Assembly: GCA_963764165.1 (NCBI GenBank)
Contig: CAVXRD010000001.1
Span: forward strand, 64,001-128,000
From: an uncultured Verrucomicrobiae bacterium
Lineage (GTDB): Bacteria; Verrucomicrobiota; Verrucomicrobiia; Limisphaerales; Palsa-1400
Direction of reading: 5' to 3'
DNA length: 64,000 nucleotides
Shown: piece after piece, positions 37,050 through 47,308 of the stretch
How the letters are laid out: the number at the start of each line of letters is the position of its first letter
Numbering within the stretch: the first letter of the stretch is position 1
Program-made: the position numbers and the translations under genes
The notes under the pieces: model-generated
Seen by the model: the letters and a program-made list of their open reading frames with translations, nothing else
The model's database searches: none
What the model was told of the DNA's origin: nothing

Positions 37050-39082
37050 TATGTTGCTGCCTCCATTGTGACAGCGCGCCGGGCCAGCCAGCCGCCGAGC
37101 GCGATTTCCCCCAACGTAACCGCGAGTGCGCCGACGATCAACCAGCGCCACAGCTTTTGCCGGTTTTCCAATTCCGAGTTTTGCAGATGTCGCTGGCGGA
37201 CTTGAACAGCCTGCGCGGAAAGTTGGGGTTCCAAACCAAGCGGCACGCCGAGGCGCGCCAATTCATCAAGAGAGATCACAGCCGTCCGGCTTTCTTCGAG
37301 CGGAACGTTGACCGCGAAATAACGCTCGTGGCCCGTCCACGCCGCTTTGTAAAGACCGGGTTTGTCAGTGGCGGTAAATGCAACTCCGGCTGGCAAATTC
37401 GTCGTAAGATTGTCGTGCGTCCACGCAACGATCTGCCCAGCCGAAGCGGGAGCGGGAATGGCGTCGCCCGTGCGAAACTGCGTGCGAACGGGCGCGCTGG
37501 CTCCGCTCCAATCGAGCATTGTTTCAAGCAGAGGCGGGAATTTGCTGGAGACGGCCAATTGGCTGTCCGACGGACTCCATCCAGAAGCCAGCACCAGCAA
37601 ATGGCCCTTCCCCACCGGCACGTCAGCCAGCGCTGGATCGCCGTCGTCAAATCTCGCCAGCACGCGCGCGTTCACCGCGGCGGGGATATTCCAGTGGCGA
37701 TGCTTCCAAAAATGAATATGGGTGAAATCGCTGAAGCGCGGATCGTCGAATGGTTTGAAAAGCGGATGTTGAAAATCAACCGAACCCAGCAGTGCAAATT
37801 CCCCCGGAGCTTCTGACAACTGAACGCTGGGCAGGTTCAGCAGCGCGGCCAGTGTCGGCCCCATGTTGCCGCTCGTCAAAACGAGCAAAGCAGTTTTTCC
37901 GTCTTCCAGCCATGTGCGCATCGCCGGGAGCTGCGAATTTGGCAAATCTTCCGCCACCACGCCGAAGACAGTTTGCTCTGTCAACTCGGGCGAGAGCTGG
38001 GCCTGCCACCGTGGCGACGACGGCAGGGCGCGCTGCATATAGTAGGCAAGTCCGCTCGTGTCGTTGGTGAGGCCAACGCCCGCAACGTAAATCGCGACAC
38101 GTTGAACATCGGGCGCGGCGTAGTAAGACAAACTCCCGTATTCGAGATCGCCGCCAGTGAGTTTCAGCGCGCCCGAGGCCGTCGCGGCGACTGGATTGGG
38201 CGCGGTAAATGTTCTCGTCTGGCCTGGCGTCAAATAAACATCCATTGGCTCTCCGCCACCCTGCCAGCCAAGCTGGAATTTTTCCATTTTTGAGTCGCTG
38301 GAATTCGCGATGCGGACGTGAATGGCGTCCTCGACCCCGGAGACAGCCGCGGGCGGTTCGAGAATTTCCAACCCCGCGTTCGACCGCTTTTTTGCGGCGA
38401 TGATTTTCGGAATGACACGCGTTCCTTCCGGCCATTGATAGCCTTGCAGCCCGTTGAGTTTTGCGCCTTCCTGCAAATCGGTGATGAGAACAAGTTCGCG
38501 GCGGTCGGCTGTATTTTGGCGGAACAAATTGGCCGCTTCCGTCAGAGCAAGGCCGAGTTGCGTTCCCTTCCAACCGGGCGTCACCGTTTCTAAACGCTGA
38601 CGGGCCAGCGCCGCGCGATTGCCGGAGGGCCAACTTGCCCAGTCGGAGAAACTGACAATCGTCTGCGGTTGGATGTCAAACGTCATCACGGTGACTTGGT
38701 CGTTCAACTCGGTCTTGTCCAGATATTCGGCGGCTGCGGCGCGCGCCTTATCCCACATTCCTTCCCGCCGCATGCTGGCGCTCGTGTCGACGAGCAAGAT
38801 CATGCGGCGTTCGCCCGCTGAAGCGCCGGGCGGCGTGATGTCATGGGCAAAGAACGGCCGGGCAAATCCAATAGCCAGCAATAGCAGGCAAAGACAGCGC
38901 AACAGCAGCAGCCAGAAATGCTCGATTTTGCGGCGGCGCACCGCTTTCGGCGGCGTGGGACGCAGAAACATCAGCGAACTGAAATCGATGCGATCTTTTG
39001 CCGCCCGCCGGATGAGATGAAATAAAATCGGCCCGGCAATCGCCGCTCCACCGAGCAAAAACCATGGAGAGAGAAAGTTCAC
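37049..39082 (-). CDS. BatA-domain + vWA membrane protein
   Basis: GTG start; FLSPWFLLG...PILFHLI...FSSLMFL; MIDAS motif DTSASM and LITDLQ. Confidence 0.9.
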   Translation of the reverse strand: MNFLSPWFLLGGAAIAGPILFHLIRRAAKDRIDFSSLMFLRPTPPKAVRRRKIEHFWLLLLRCLCLLLLAIGFARPFFAHDITPPGASAGERRMILLVDTSASMRREGMWDKARAAAAEYLDKTELNDQVTVMTFDIQPQTIVSFSDWASWPSGNRAALARQRLETVTPGWKGTQLGLALTEAANLFRQNTADRRELVLITDLQEGAKLNGLQGYQWPEGTRVIPKIIAAKKRSNAGLEILEPPAAVSGVEDAIHVRIANSSDSKMEKFQLGWQGGGEPMDVYLTPGQTRTFTAPNPVAATASGALKLTGGDLEYGSLSYYAAPDVQRVAIYVAGVGLTNDTSGLAYYMQRALPSSPRWQAQLSPELTEQTVFGVVAEDLPNSQLPAMRTWLEDGKTALLVLTSGNMGPTLAALLNLPSVQLSEAPGEFALLGSVDFQHPLFKPFDDPRFSDFTHIHFWKHRHWNIPAAVNARVLARFDDGDPALADVPVGKGHLLVLASGWSPSDSQLAVSSKFPPLLETMLDWSGASAPVRTQFRTGDAIPAPASAGQIVAWTHDNLTTNLPAGVAFTATDKPGLYKAAWTGHERYFAVNVPLEESRTAVISLDELARLGVPLGLEPQLSAQAVQVRQRHLQNSELENRQKLWRWLIVGALAVTLGEIALGGWLARRAVTMEAAT

Positions 39083-40023
39083 GCGGCGGTGGTTTGCCGG
39101 CGGCGGCGAACGAGTTTGCCCCGGCTGGCCCGGCTGCGCAGAAAATCCAGCAGCGCCAGGTCCATCGCGCGATCCGTCAGCAGCCGATGGAAAGCAGCGC
39201 CAAGTTTGCTGCACATCGCCTCGACGCGTTCGCCGTGTTCTTGCAAACGCTTTTGATACGTCTCGCGAATCGCGGCAGGATCGAGGTAAATATCGCGCTC
39301 GCTCTCCATGTCGTGGAATAGCAGTGCGTTCTCGAACTTGAAGGCGAGTTCATTTGGATCGAGCAACTGAAAGACCACTAATTCGTGGCCCACCGCGGTC
39401 AGGTGCGCCAGGTGCCGCTCCAGTTCATCCACGGGTGCGAGCAAATCGGAAATCAGGACGACCAATCCGCGTTTGCGCGACAACTCAGCGATGCGGCGCA
39501 GAGGTTCCGTCAGATTGGTGGAGCGCCCCTCGGGCTCGCGTTCCAGCGCGAGCATGAGCTGTCGCAAGTGTCCGTGCCGATGTCGGGCGGGCAAGTAATC
39601 GCGAACACGTTCATCAAAGGAATACAACCCAACTGCGTCGCCCTGCGAATAAAGAAACCATGCGAGCGTCGCCGCGAAGGTTCGGGCGTAATCCGATTTG
39701 GTGTAGTCAAGGGAACGGTATGTCATCGACCGGCTGTAATCGACGAGCAAGTGGCAGCGAAGATTCGTTTCGTCCTCGAATTTTTTGAGATAGTAGCGAT
39801 CCGACCTCGCGTAAAGCCGCCAATCAAGATAACGCGTATCGTCGCCCTGCGTGTAAGAACGATATTCGGTGAACTCGACCGAAAAACCGTGATACGGGCT
39901 GCGATGAAGCCCGTTCCAAAAGCCTTCCACCACGACGCGGGCGCGCAGTTCCAAGTTGCGAATCGCCATCAGCGCCTTCGGCTCGACAAACCCTTTTTCC
40001 CGTCCTGGAAGTGTCTCCGGCAT
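39079..40023 (-). CDS. DUF58 (vWA-like) protein
   Basis: GLHRSPYHGFSVEFTEYRSY, GDDTRYLDW, DYSRSM, LISDL; start taken at ATG 40023. Confidence 0.92.
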   Translation of the reverse strand: MPETLPGREKGFVEPKALMAIRNLELRARVVVEGFWNGLHRSPYHGFSVEFTEYRSYTQGDDTRYLDWRLYARSDRYYLKKFEDETNLRCHLLVDYSRSMTYRSLDYTKSDYARTFAATLAWFLYSQGDAVGLYSFDERVRDYLPARHRHGHLRQLMLALEREPEGRSTNLTEPLRRIAELSRKRGLVVLISDLLAPVDELERHLAHLTAVGHELVVFQLLDPNELAFKFENALLFHDMESERDIYLDPAAIRETYQKRLQEHGERVEAMCSKLGAAFHRLLTDRAMDLALLDFLRSRASRGKLVRRRRQTTAA

Positions 40024-40028
40024 AAATC

Positions 40029-41066
40029 TTAAGACGCACCCGGCTCGGCCACGGTTTCGATCAGACGGCGAATGACGGTATCCACATTGACGCCTTCCGC
40101 CTCCGCGCGGTAATTCACAAGAATCCGGTGGCGCAATACCGGAGTGGCCAATGCGCGAATGTCCTCGCCTGTTGCGTGCGAGCGGCCTTGCAGCAAGGCG
40201 CGGGCTTTGGCCCCGAGCGTGAGAAATTGCGCGGCGCGCGTGCCGGCGCCCCAGCTTACCCAATCATTCACGAACGCGGGGGCGCCCGGTTGCTGCGGCC
40301 GTGAGGAAGCCGCCAGGCGGACGGCGTAACGGACGAGAGTTTGCGAAATGGGAACCTGCCGCACCAGTTCGTTGAATTCTAAAATGTCTTTGCCGGTAAA
40401 AATCGGTTCAATGGGCGCAGCGCGGCGGGCGGTGGTTTGCTCCACCACGGCGACCTCGTCGGACTCAGGCAGGTAGTTGATCACCACGTTGAACATGAAG
40501 CGGTCCAACTGCGCCTCGGGCAGCGGATAGGTGCCTTCCATTTCAATTGGATTTTGCGTCGCGAGCACATAAAACGGCTCTGGCAGCGAGTGGCGAATTC
40601 CAGCGGCTGTGACCTGATGCTCCTGCATCGCTTCGAGCAGCGCGGCTTGCGTCTTGGGAGGTGTGCGGTTGATTTCGTCGGCCAACACCATATTGGCGAA
40701 GATCGGTCCTTGCACGAATGTCATTTTGCGGCCGTCGCTCCCCTCCTGCAAAATTTCCGTGCCGGTAATATCCGCGGGCATGAGGTCGGGCGTGAATTGG
40801 ATGCGCTGGAATTTCAGATGGAAAATCTGGGCGATGGATTTGACGAGAAGCGTCTTGGCCAATCCCGGCGCCCCGGTAATCAAACAATGCCCGCCGGAAA
40901 AGAGCGCGAGCATGATTTGTTCGATCACCTCCTTTTGACCAACGATGGCTTTGGCCAACTCGGCTTCAATGCGGGTTTTACCTGCGGCGAGACGCTCGAC
41001 GGCGGCGCGTTGTTCCTCGACGGGATTTATTAGTGGTGGAGCGGAAGCGATGTCAGTGGCGTTCAT
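40029..41066 (-). CDS. MoxR-family AAA+ ATPase
   Basis: GAPGLAKT, RIQFTPDLMPADITG, LADEINR, ATQNPIE, LPEAQLDRF. Confidence 0.96.
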   Translation of the reverse strand: MNATDIASAPPLINPVEEQRAAVERLAAGKTRIEAELAKAIVGQKEVIEQIMLALFSGGHCLITGAPGLAKTLLVKSIAQIFHLKFQRIQFTPDLMPADITGTEILQEGSDGRKMTFVQGPIFANMVLADEINRTPPKTQAALLEAMQEHQVTAAGIRHSLPEPFYVLATQNPIEMEGTYPLPEAQLDRFMFNVVINYLPESDEVAVVEQTTARRAAPIEPIFTGKDILEFNELVRQVPISQTLVRYAVRLAASSRPQQPGAPAFVNDWVSWGAGTRAAQFLTLGAKARALLQGRSHATGEDIRALATPVLRHRILVNYRAEAEGVNVDTVIRRLIETVAEPGAS

Positions 41067-42014
41067 TTAATGCGTCATTAGGTAAACAATAATATTGATC
41101 CCGAGCGGATAAGCGCGAGTTTCCGAAAATGTCTTAAAATATTCCTCGTTTTCGCCTTCGCGCTCCCAGCCGTCGCCATTGTCGGAATTATGGGTGGCGA
41201 TGATCATGATGCGCTGCCTGTCATCGAGCCAGGCGCGGACGTGCATTTCGTGGGTGTCAGGTCCCCCGCGATATGAGTGGCCACTGCGTTCCCAAACGTG
41301 GATGGATGGCACCTGCAAATCCTGCACGGACGACTTTTCGTTCAAAGGAAACACGGTTTTGAAAACCGGATGCGTCAATGGAAGCTCGATCCAATTCCGA
41401 TCCGGCAAAACGCGTTTGATCTGCGTTTCAAATCGATCCCAATCGTCGTTGCCCCAGAAATCATCCGCCATCAACGCGCCGCCGCTCATCAGGTAGCGCC
41501 GCAAAATGGGGACTTCTTCGTCGCGCAATTCCATGCGGCCCGCCTTGACCATGTAGATGAATGGGTAGTTTGGAAGATCGTCGTTGGTGAGTTTGATCGT
41601 GCGGCCGTTTGGATCGACTTTTATCGCGGTCAATTGCTGCAAACGGTAGGAGAGATTCAAATCGCTGTCAGGATAATCGTTGATCCAGCCGAACATGCTG
41701 GGAACCTGCGTCTTGTCGTATTTATATATGACGCGCGCGAAAGTAAAAACATCCCTCTCAAAACCCGGTTCGTTTGTCCAATCGGGAGTGCCGGTGCTGT
41801 GGGATGCCGTTTCACGCGCGGTGCGAACAGTGTCCTCGTTTACGTCGTCCCCGCCTTCAGTGCGGACGATTGGCCCCGTGGAAAACCGGCCGCCCCGATG
41901 TCCGCCGCCGCCCCATCCATCGCCTCTTCCCCCACCGAATCGCTCCTGCGCGGCGCACAGACCCGCAAGCACAAGGACAGCGGTGAACAGCGGCCATTTT
42001 GAAATCGGCCTCAA
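41067..42014 (-). CDS. DUF4159 protein
   Basis: Signal peptide; FTFARV, DYPDSD, YPFIYM, GGALMADDFWG, DNGDGWE, GINIIVY. Confidence 0.9.
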   Translation of the reverse strand: MRPISKWPLFTAVLVLAGLCAAQERFGGGRGDGWGGGGHRGGRFSTGPIVRTEGGDDVNEDTVRTARETASHSTGTPDWTNEPGFERDVFTFARVIYKYDKTQVPSMFGWINDYPDSDLNLSYRLQQLTAIKVDPNGRTIKLTNDDLPNYPFIYMVKAGRMELRDEEVPILRRYLMSGGALMADDFWGNDDWDRFETQIKRVLPDRNWIELPLTHPVFKTVFPLNEKSSVQDLQVPSIHVWERSGHSYRGGPDTHEMHVRAWLDDRQRIMIIATHNSDNGDGWEREGENEEYFKTFSETRAYPLGINIIVYLMTH

Positions 42015-44623
42015 GAGCGTCCCTCAATTTCAAGGAGAAGCAATTGCGCCTCGCGAAAACGCGGCGTGTCTTCAAGCGCTTGCAAAACATGCCGTTTCGC
42101 CTCGGCTTCCGCGCCCCCCCGGGCGTGAAGAAGGCGGGCAAGTTGGAAATGAACTTCCGCCGGATCGGGCGGGTCGAGCAGCAGCATTTTTTGATATGCG
42201 GCAATTGAAAGATCGCGCTGTCCCATTGCGTCACCGGCTTTGCCCAACGCTTCATACGGGGCCGGAATCAGCGGGTCGACTTGAAGCAGCAACTGGGCAT
42301 ATTTCGCGACGGATTGCCAATCCTTGCGGTCAACACCAATGTCAATTAAACGGCGATAGAGATCGACGAAATCCGATTCGTGCTCGGCCAATCTTTGGAG
42401 TGTGGCATATTCGGCGTTGGTCTCGAAAAGATTTCGCTCGGTCACGGCCAGAAGCCAGAGAGGATTTTCGGCGCGACGTTCGCCAGAATATGCATCGGCT
42501 GCCGCAGCCAGCAATGGTTTCGCAGCAGCCCAATTCTTATCCTCGATAAAGCCACGGGCGCGGGACATCAGCGAATAATAATTATTGGCATGCGCCATGT
42601 TCCATGTGTCAGCCGAACCATTTGTACGCGGATCGGATCCTGCCGGTGCCGGCCCGCCGGTACGCCGACGAAACAGCGTGTCTTCATCGATTGGAGACGG
42701 TTCCCCTGCCGCCCCCATTTCGGCGGGCGGCTTTTGCAGATCCGCCTTCGGGGCGAGCGCATTGGCTTTCTCGCGGGCGAATTCGGAAAACTTCAATTCC
42801 AAATTCGCCATTGGCATCGTGCGGGCCGCGATGCTTTCGTTGATTTCCTTTCCGTCGCGCAAGTCTTGCAGGATCGATTTGAGCGTGTCGAAGCCGTGTT
42901 GCTGCACTAAAAATTCCACCACCAGCGAGCACTCATAATAGGCGAACAGCAAATCTTCGGAACTTTTCGGCGACAAAAACGCGCCGCTCAATCTGCTGAT
43001 CGGAGTCAATTTGCCTTCGCGAATCATCTCGCGGTATGCAAGATTCATCCGCTCGCCCCACGTCGGATTTGCCTGGCGCTCTTCGTAAACGGAAATCCCC
43101 TCGCTCAACCAGCGCGGCATGCGATTGCGCGTGTCGGTCAGCGTGATGACGTGGCAGAATTCGTGCCACAAAACGTCCTCCCAATTGGCGGGATTCGGCT
43201 CCTGCGAGGCCGGGCTGTTGGCCGTGATGACAGAACCAAAACACACGCCGAGATAACCGGGGTTGCCCGGCATGCCAAATGTGCGCACGGCAAAATCCTT
43301 CTGCTCGGGGAAAATTTCGACCTGTGTCACGTTGGTCAGCGTCACTCCATATTTGGCGGACAGAGTTGCCTTGGCGCGGTTCAACAAATCCAACACGCGA
43401 TCTCCGTAAAGCGCGGCTTCGTGGGCTGTCATGCGAACGGCGAAATCCGCGTTGGTCAGCGTTTGATACTTGGTCATCTGGTCGTGGAGCTTGACCAAAT
43501 TGTAGAGCGTGACGTCGTAACTGTCTTGATTGTGAGCATCCTGCGCCAAGTCCCAGCCCTCGGATTCGCGGCCGAGGCGCAGCAAATCTTCCGAAAGTTC
43601 ACGGCGCGCCGGGAGATAAGTGGGACTGAATTCCAATGCATGTTTTTGCTCGGCCGCAGCTTCGTCGAATCGATATTTCCGCGCGAGCTTTTGGCCAATT
43701 AGGTAATCCACTTCCGGATTGCTCCGCCAAAACTCAAGCGCTGCCTGCCGATCCTTTTCGAATTCGACTGTGTCATTCCTCAACTTGGCCAACACCGCGC
43801 GATACGCCCAAGCCTCTGGACAATGAGGGTTCACCTTGAGCGCGGCGGCGAGTTGCTCTTCGGCCTGCTCGTATTCCTCAGCGTCGATCATGCGGCTGGC
43901 GATCATCAAGAGGCTGGAGACCTGGTGCGGATTACCCTCCAGCGAGGCCTCGAGGTGCTGGAGCATTTCCTTCTGGTCGCCGGATTCGAAAGCTTTGGCC
44001 AGCCCGGATTCCATGTCGGGATCGTTCGGGAATTTCTTCAAGCCGAGCTGGAAGGCATCGGCTGCCATCGCGTAATCATGCTTTTCCAGGGCGAGATTTC
44101 CGGTGTCCAGGAACGCGTCACGCGGCGGGTTTTCCACTCGTTCGGCGGGGCGGAAACAATTATCGAGCACCAAACGAGGTTCGACACCGAGCAGCAGCAA
44201 TGCCTGGCCAAGCGCAGGGGCGTCGTCATTTTGGAAATCAGCAAATCGGCGCTCGATCATCATTTTCATGCGGCTCAGCTCGCGTTGAACCCCGGCGGAA
44301 TCGTTTTGATACATGGCCGTTTCGCGGGCGAGCAAATGCAGGGAAAGATTGTAGGAATCAGCCGCCACGGCGGCAGCATTGGTGTGAGCCTCCGCGTAAC
44401 GGCCAGTGGCCATCAGCGACTTGATGAGCATGATGCGCCACGCGTCCTGGTAGGCGCCTTGGGCGACTTTTTTCCGGGTGATTTCGATGACTTTGTCGTA
44501 ATCGCCGTGGAGAAGTTGCTTCTCCGTTTCGTCCACGGTTTGTGCCGATGCGGCAAGCGCCAGGAAGAAAAAAATGCTCCCCAGTCCAAGCCATTTCGAC
44601 AACGAGACGACGCGGTTCGGCAT
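42011..44623 (-). CDS. Exported TPR protein with peptidase-MA-like (gluzincin) domain
   Basis: Signal peptide from ATG 44623; TPRs on both sides of LWHEFCH...PRWLSEGISVY. Confidence 0.88.
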   Translation of the reverse strand: MPNRVVSLSKWLGLGSIFFFLALAASAQTVDETEKQLLHGDYDKVIEITRKKVAQGAYQDAWRIMLIKSLMATGRYAEAHTNAAAVAADSYNLSLHLLARETAMYQNDSAGVQRELSRMKMMIERRFADFQNDDAPALGQALLLLGVEPRLVLDNCFRPAERVENPPRDAFLDTGNLALEKHDYAMAADAFQLGLKKFPNDPDMESGLAKAFESGDQKEMLQHLEASLEGNPHQVSSLLMIASRMIDAEEYEQAEEQLAAALKVNPHCPEAWAYRAVLAKLRNDTVEFEKDRQAALEFWRSNPEVDYLIGQKLARKYRFDEAAAEQKHALEFSPTYLPARRELSEDLLRLGRESEGWDLAQDAHNQDSYDVTLYNLVKLHDQMTKYQTLTNADFAVRMTAHEAALYGDRVLDLLNRAKATLSAKYGVTLTNVTQVEIFPEQKDFAVRTFGMPGNPGYLGVCFGSVITANSPASQEPNPANWEDVLWHEFCHVITLTDTRNRMPRWLSEGISVYEERQANPTWGERMNLAYREMIREGKLTPISRLSGAFLSPKSSEDLLFAYYECSLVVEFLVQQHGFDTLKSILQDLRDGKEINESIAARTMPMANLELKFSEFAREKANALAPKADLQKPPAEMGAAGEPSPIDEDTLFRRRTGGPAPAGSDPRTNGSADTWNMAHANNYYSLMSRARGFIEDKNWAAAKPLLAAAADAYSGERRAENPLWLLAVTERNLFETNAEYATLQRLAEHESDFVDLYRRLIDIGVDRKDWQSVAKYAQLLLQVDPLIPAPYEALGKAGDAMGQRDLSIAAYQKMLLLDPPDPAEVHFQLARLLHARGGAEAEAKRHVLQALEDTPRFREAQLLLLEIEGRS

Positions 44624-44763
44624 GTCGTAAGACAGATACGCCCGAATTGGGGCTTTATCAATGCGCAATCAAACGCGAAGTTTTATGAGACGCATGCAAC
44701 TTATAGGACGCATGGGGCTGCGCGCGAATTTTACCGCAGCGTGGCATGGACAGCGCCTCAACC

Positions 44764-44790
44764 CGGACGCCTCGGCGGGGCGTCCCTGCC
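44764..44790. repeat. Single REP palindrome
   Basis: cggacgcctcggcggggcgtccctgcc, same family as 29826/29965 and the IS target. Confidence 0.8.
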
Positions 44791-44795
44791 TAAAT

Positions 44796-46364
44796 TCAGG
44801 GCGAAACCAGCCGGTAAAACGCCTCCGTCGGAGAAAGCGGCACTGAATACGGCGAAGCGGCTCCCGGCACATTTGCCCAAACCGCCGACGAATCGAGGCC
44901 GTTGGAAGATTCAAGATGGCATACGATGTTTGTCGGCCATGTTAACGAAAGCTGTCCAGATTTGACGGTTGCGCTCAATTGCAAGGGCGCGGTCAAATTG
45001 TAGAGCCGGACATAATCCACCTGCATTTCGGCGGGGAAAGTATTGGAATTAATGGAGGCAGTCGAAGGATTCCCCACATAATTTCCTCCGACGGCAAGAT
45101 TCATGATTATAAAGAATGGCTGGTTAAACGGCGTGGGGTATGAGCCGACAGAGCTGGACCAATTGGTTTGCGTTTCGTAGCGAATTCCGTCCACAAACCA
45201 GCTCACCGCGTTGGTGGTCCACTCCAACAGATAACGATGAAAACTGGTCACCGATCCGCTGGGGAGCGTGTAAATTTGAGTTTCGTCACTGCCCGAATGC
45301 AGGCTGCCCTGAACGTTGACGGGCGTGCTGCCGTTGTTCTCGACGACATCGATTTCACCGCAGCCAGGCCACGAAACTGAATTAATATTCGCGCCGAGCA
45401 TCCATAGGGCCGGCCAGAAACCGGTGCCGGCTGGAAAGCTGGCGCGCCATTCAAAGCGGCCATATTCCGCCGAGAAGAGGCCTTCGGTCTTCATCCGGGC
45501 CGAGGTGTAATTGAAACCGTTGGTGGATTGCTTTAGCGCTCGAATGTGAAGCAACCCATTCGACACGTAGGCGTTTTGCGTTGAACCGGTGTAGTATTCC
45601 AGCTCGCTATTTCCCCAGCCATTGTTGTTGCCCAAATCGTAGGTCCAGACAGAGGTGTCAACGGAAGTGCCGTTAAATTCGTCGCTCCAGACCAGGTTCC
45701 AATTCCCCTGTGGCTCGCCAGAAATTTGGGTCAACGTCATATCATCGAAATAAACGGAACCCGCGCTGTTGGCCGCGTCTCCCTGGAACGTGATCTGAAA
45801 TCGAACAAAGCTGGTGCCCGCCGGCGCGATCAGGAGATTTGTGGTTCCGATCAGCGCATACGAGTTCGGATTGTATTGGTTCGTGACAGCCAAGTTCACC
45901 CATGCGTTTGTGGCGAAACTTCGTGATTTGATGGCGTTGGTGGTGATGGCGGATGAACGATAGACGGCGATGACGTTCTGACTCGCGTCCCGAAATGAAA
46001 CCTCCAACCACGCCGCATTCTGGCCCGCCAGGGCATCGCTGCTCAGGGTATATGCCCACCCGTTGGCCGAGTAAACAACACCGGGACCGGAAACGTTGTC
46101 TTGATAAACCCCACTGTAATTCGCTGAGGCGATGAACTGCTGATATACCTTCAGGTAATTGGTTCCGCTGTGGGCAACGGCGGCAGAACTTTGAACCGAG
46201 ACATTCCCAATGGTATTGCCGTAAGAATCCCACGGTGACACATTCGGCCCCAATTCAAAGCCTTGATTGGTCAGAACGTTGCTGGCGCAGGCCAAAGGGC
46301 CAACGCCGAAAACTGCGGCCAAAAGAATCGTCCTCAACAAAGAAAAAAACAGACTCTCACGCAT
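44796..46364 (-). CDS. GH16 beta-1,3-glucanase (laminarinase-like) with N-terminal CBM-like module
   Basis: LVWSDEF, GWGNSELEYY, YTSARM, WPALWMLG, catalytic GEIDVVE, NLAVGG; start taken at ATG 46364. Confidence 0.92.
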   Translation of the reverse strand: MRESLFFSLLRTILLAAVFGVGPLACASNVLTNQGFELGPNVSPWDSYGNTIGNVSVQSSAAVAHSGTNYLKVYQQFIASANYSGVYQDNVSGPGVVYSANGWAYTLSSDALAGQNAAWLEVSFRDASQNVIAVYRSSAITTNAIKSRSFATNAWVNLAVTNQYNPNSYALIGTTNLLIAPAGTSFVRFQITFQGDAANSAGSVYFDDMTLTQISGEPQGNWNLVWSDEFNGTSVDTSVWTYDLGNNNGWGNSELEYYTGSTQNAYVSNGLLHIRALKQSTNGFNYTSARMKTEGLFSAEYGRFEWRASFPAGTGFWPALWMLGANINSVSWPGCGEIDVVENNGSTPVNVQGSLHSGSDETQIYTLPSGSVTSFHRYLLEWTTNAVSWFVDGIRYETQTNWSSSVGSYPTPFNQPFFIIMNLAVGGNYVGNPSTASINSNTFPAEMQVDYVRLYNLTAPLQLSATVKSGQLSLTWPTNIVCHLESSNGLDSSAVWANVPGAASPYSVPLSPTEAFYRLVSP

Positions 46365-46372
46365 GAATACCC

Positions 46373-47299
46373 TTAAGGATCGACGGCAGGGTTCCATTTA
46401 AGGGCGTTGATTTGCGCAAGCTCGTACGGAGTCGTAATTTCAGTCAAACTTTGGTAAAACCAGAGTTCGTTGCCCGCAGTCCAAGTTGTAAACCGATACA
46501 TCGTCTCCACCTTGCACCACCTCGCTGAACCATCCGCAAAGACTTCATTGCCGCCATCGGGAGCCGGAGTGCTTCCCCGGCGATGCGGTGGCCAGTACTT
46601 GTAGGAGGCATCAATGTCTGGAGAAGTAATAAGGGCCTCAGAACCACCCCACTTGCCGCCAATCTTGGCCACCAAATCCGCCGCCAGGCACCAGTACGGC
46701 ATGGATTGGCTCTGTTTGACAGGGCTATGTGTGCCCGTAATGACGTTGGCTGTGGCATTGGGCGTCCATTCGGTGAAGCCGCCCATATATTGGTAGCCAA
46801 TGATCCACTGTGGATAGTCACCTGTGTCTGAGTATGGCAGCCCTGGAATTTCAGGACACGACCAAACACAGGGGCCGTTCGTCACGAACGGGACGCCAGC
46901 CATTTTCACCGCATTGGTCCACATCGAATCAATGGCGTACTGCACGAAGGGAGGGTTGCCTGGCGTGTTGTTATCGTTGTCGCCGGGTTTGGCCGGCACG
47001 TAGTAATCCCGGCTGTCTTGGGCATAGCCCGTCATGCCGACAGCCAACTGGCGCAGATTGCTGAGGCACTTGGTCCGCTGGCCGGCTTCCTTGGCCTTGG
47101 CCAAGGCGGGCAGCAGCATCGCGGCCAAGATGGCGATGATGGCAATCACCACCAGCAATTCGATCAACGTGAATCCGCCAGCGCTGGCGCGCTTCCCTCC
47201 AATCTCAGCCGTCTGCCGTGTTTGGCTCCGCCTCCGTGTGCGGGAAGCGAAGCTTTGGTTCAACTCCATCATGTTAGCTTTCATTTTGGCGGCCTCCAC
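46373..47299 (-). CDS. Prepilin-type N-methylation protein with H-X9-DG-type C-terminus
   Basis: [34 protein letters not shown]...GGNEVFADG; exact start uncertain. Confidence 0.93.
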   Translation of the reverse strand: MEAAKMKANMMELNQSFASRTRRRSQTRQTAEIGGKRASAGGFTLIELLVVIAIIAILAAMLLPALAKAKEAGQRTKCLSNLRQLAVGMTGYAQDSRDYYVPAKPGDNDNNTPGNPPFVQYAIDSMWTNAVKMAGVPFVTNGPCVWSCPEIPGLPYSDTGDYPQWIIGYQYMGGFTEWTPNATANVITGTHSPVKQSQSMPYWCLAADLVAKIGGKWGGSEALITSPDIDASYKYWPPHRRGSTPAPDGGNEVFADGSARWCKVETMYRFTTWTAGNELWFYQSLTEITTPYELAQINALKWNPAVDP

Positions 47300-47308
47300 C
47301 CGGCTTCT

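Noticed and set aside
29991..44668. Extended starts given by the ORF track (31208, 37151, 39214, 40263, 44668)
   Set aside because: Most overlap upstream genes; shorter starts give clean start/stop overlaps or signal peptides.
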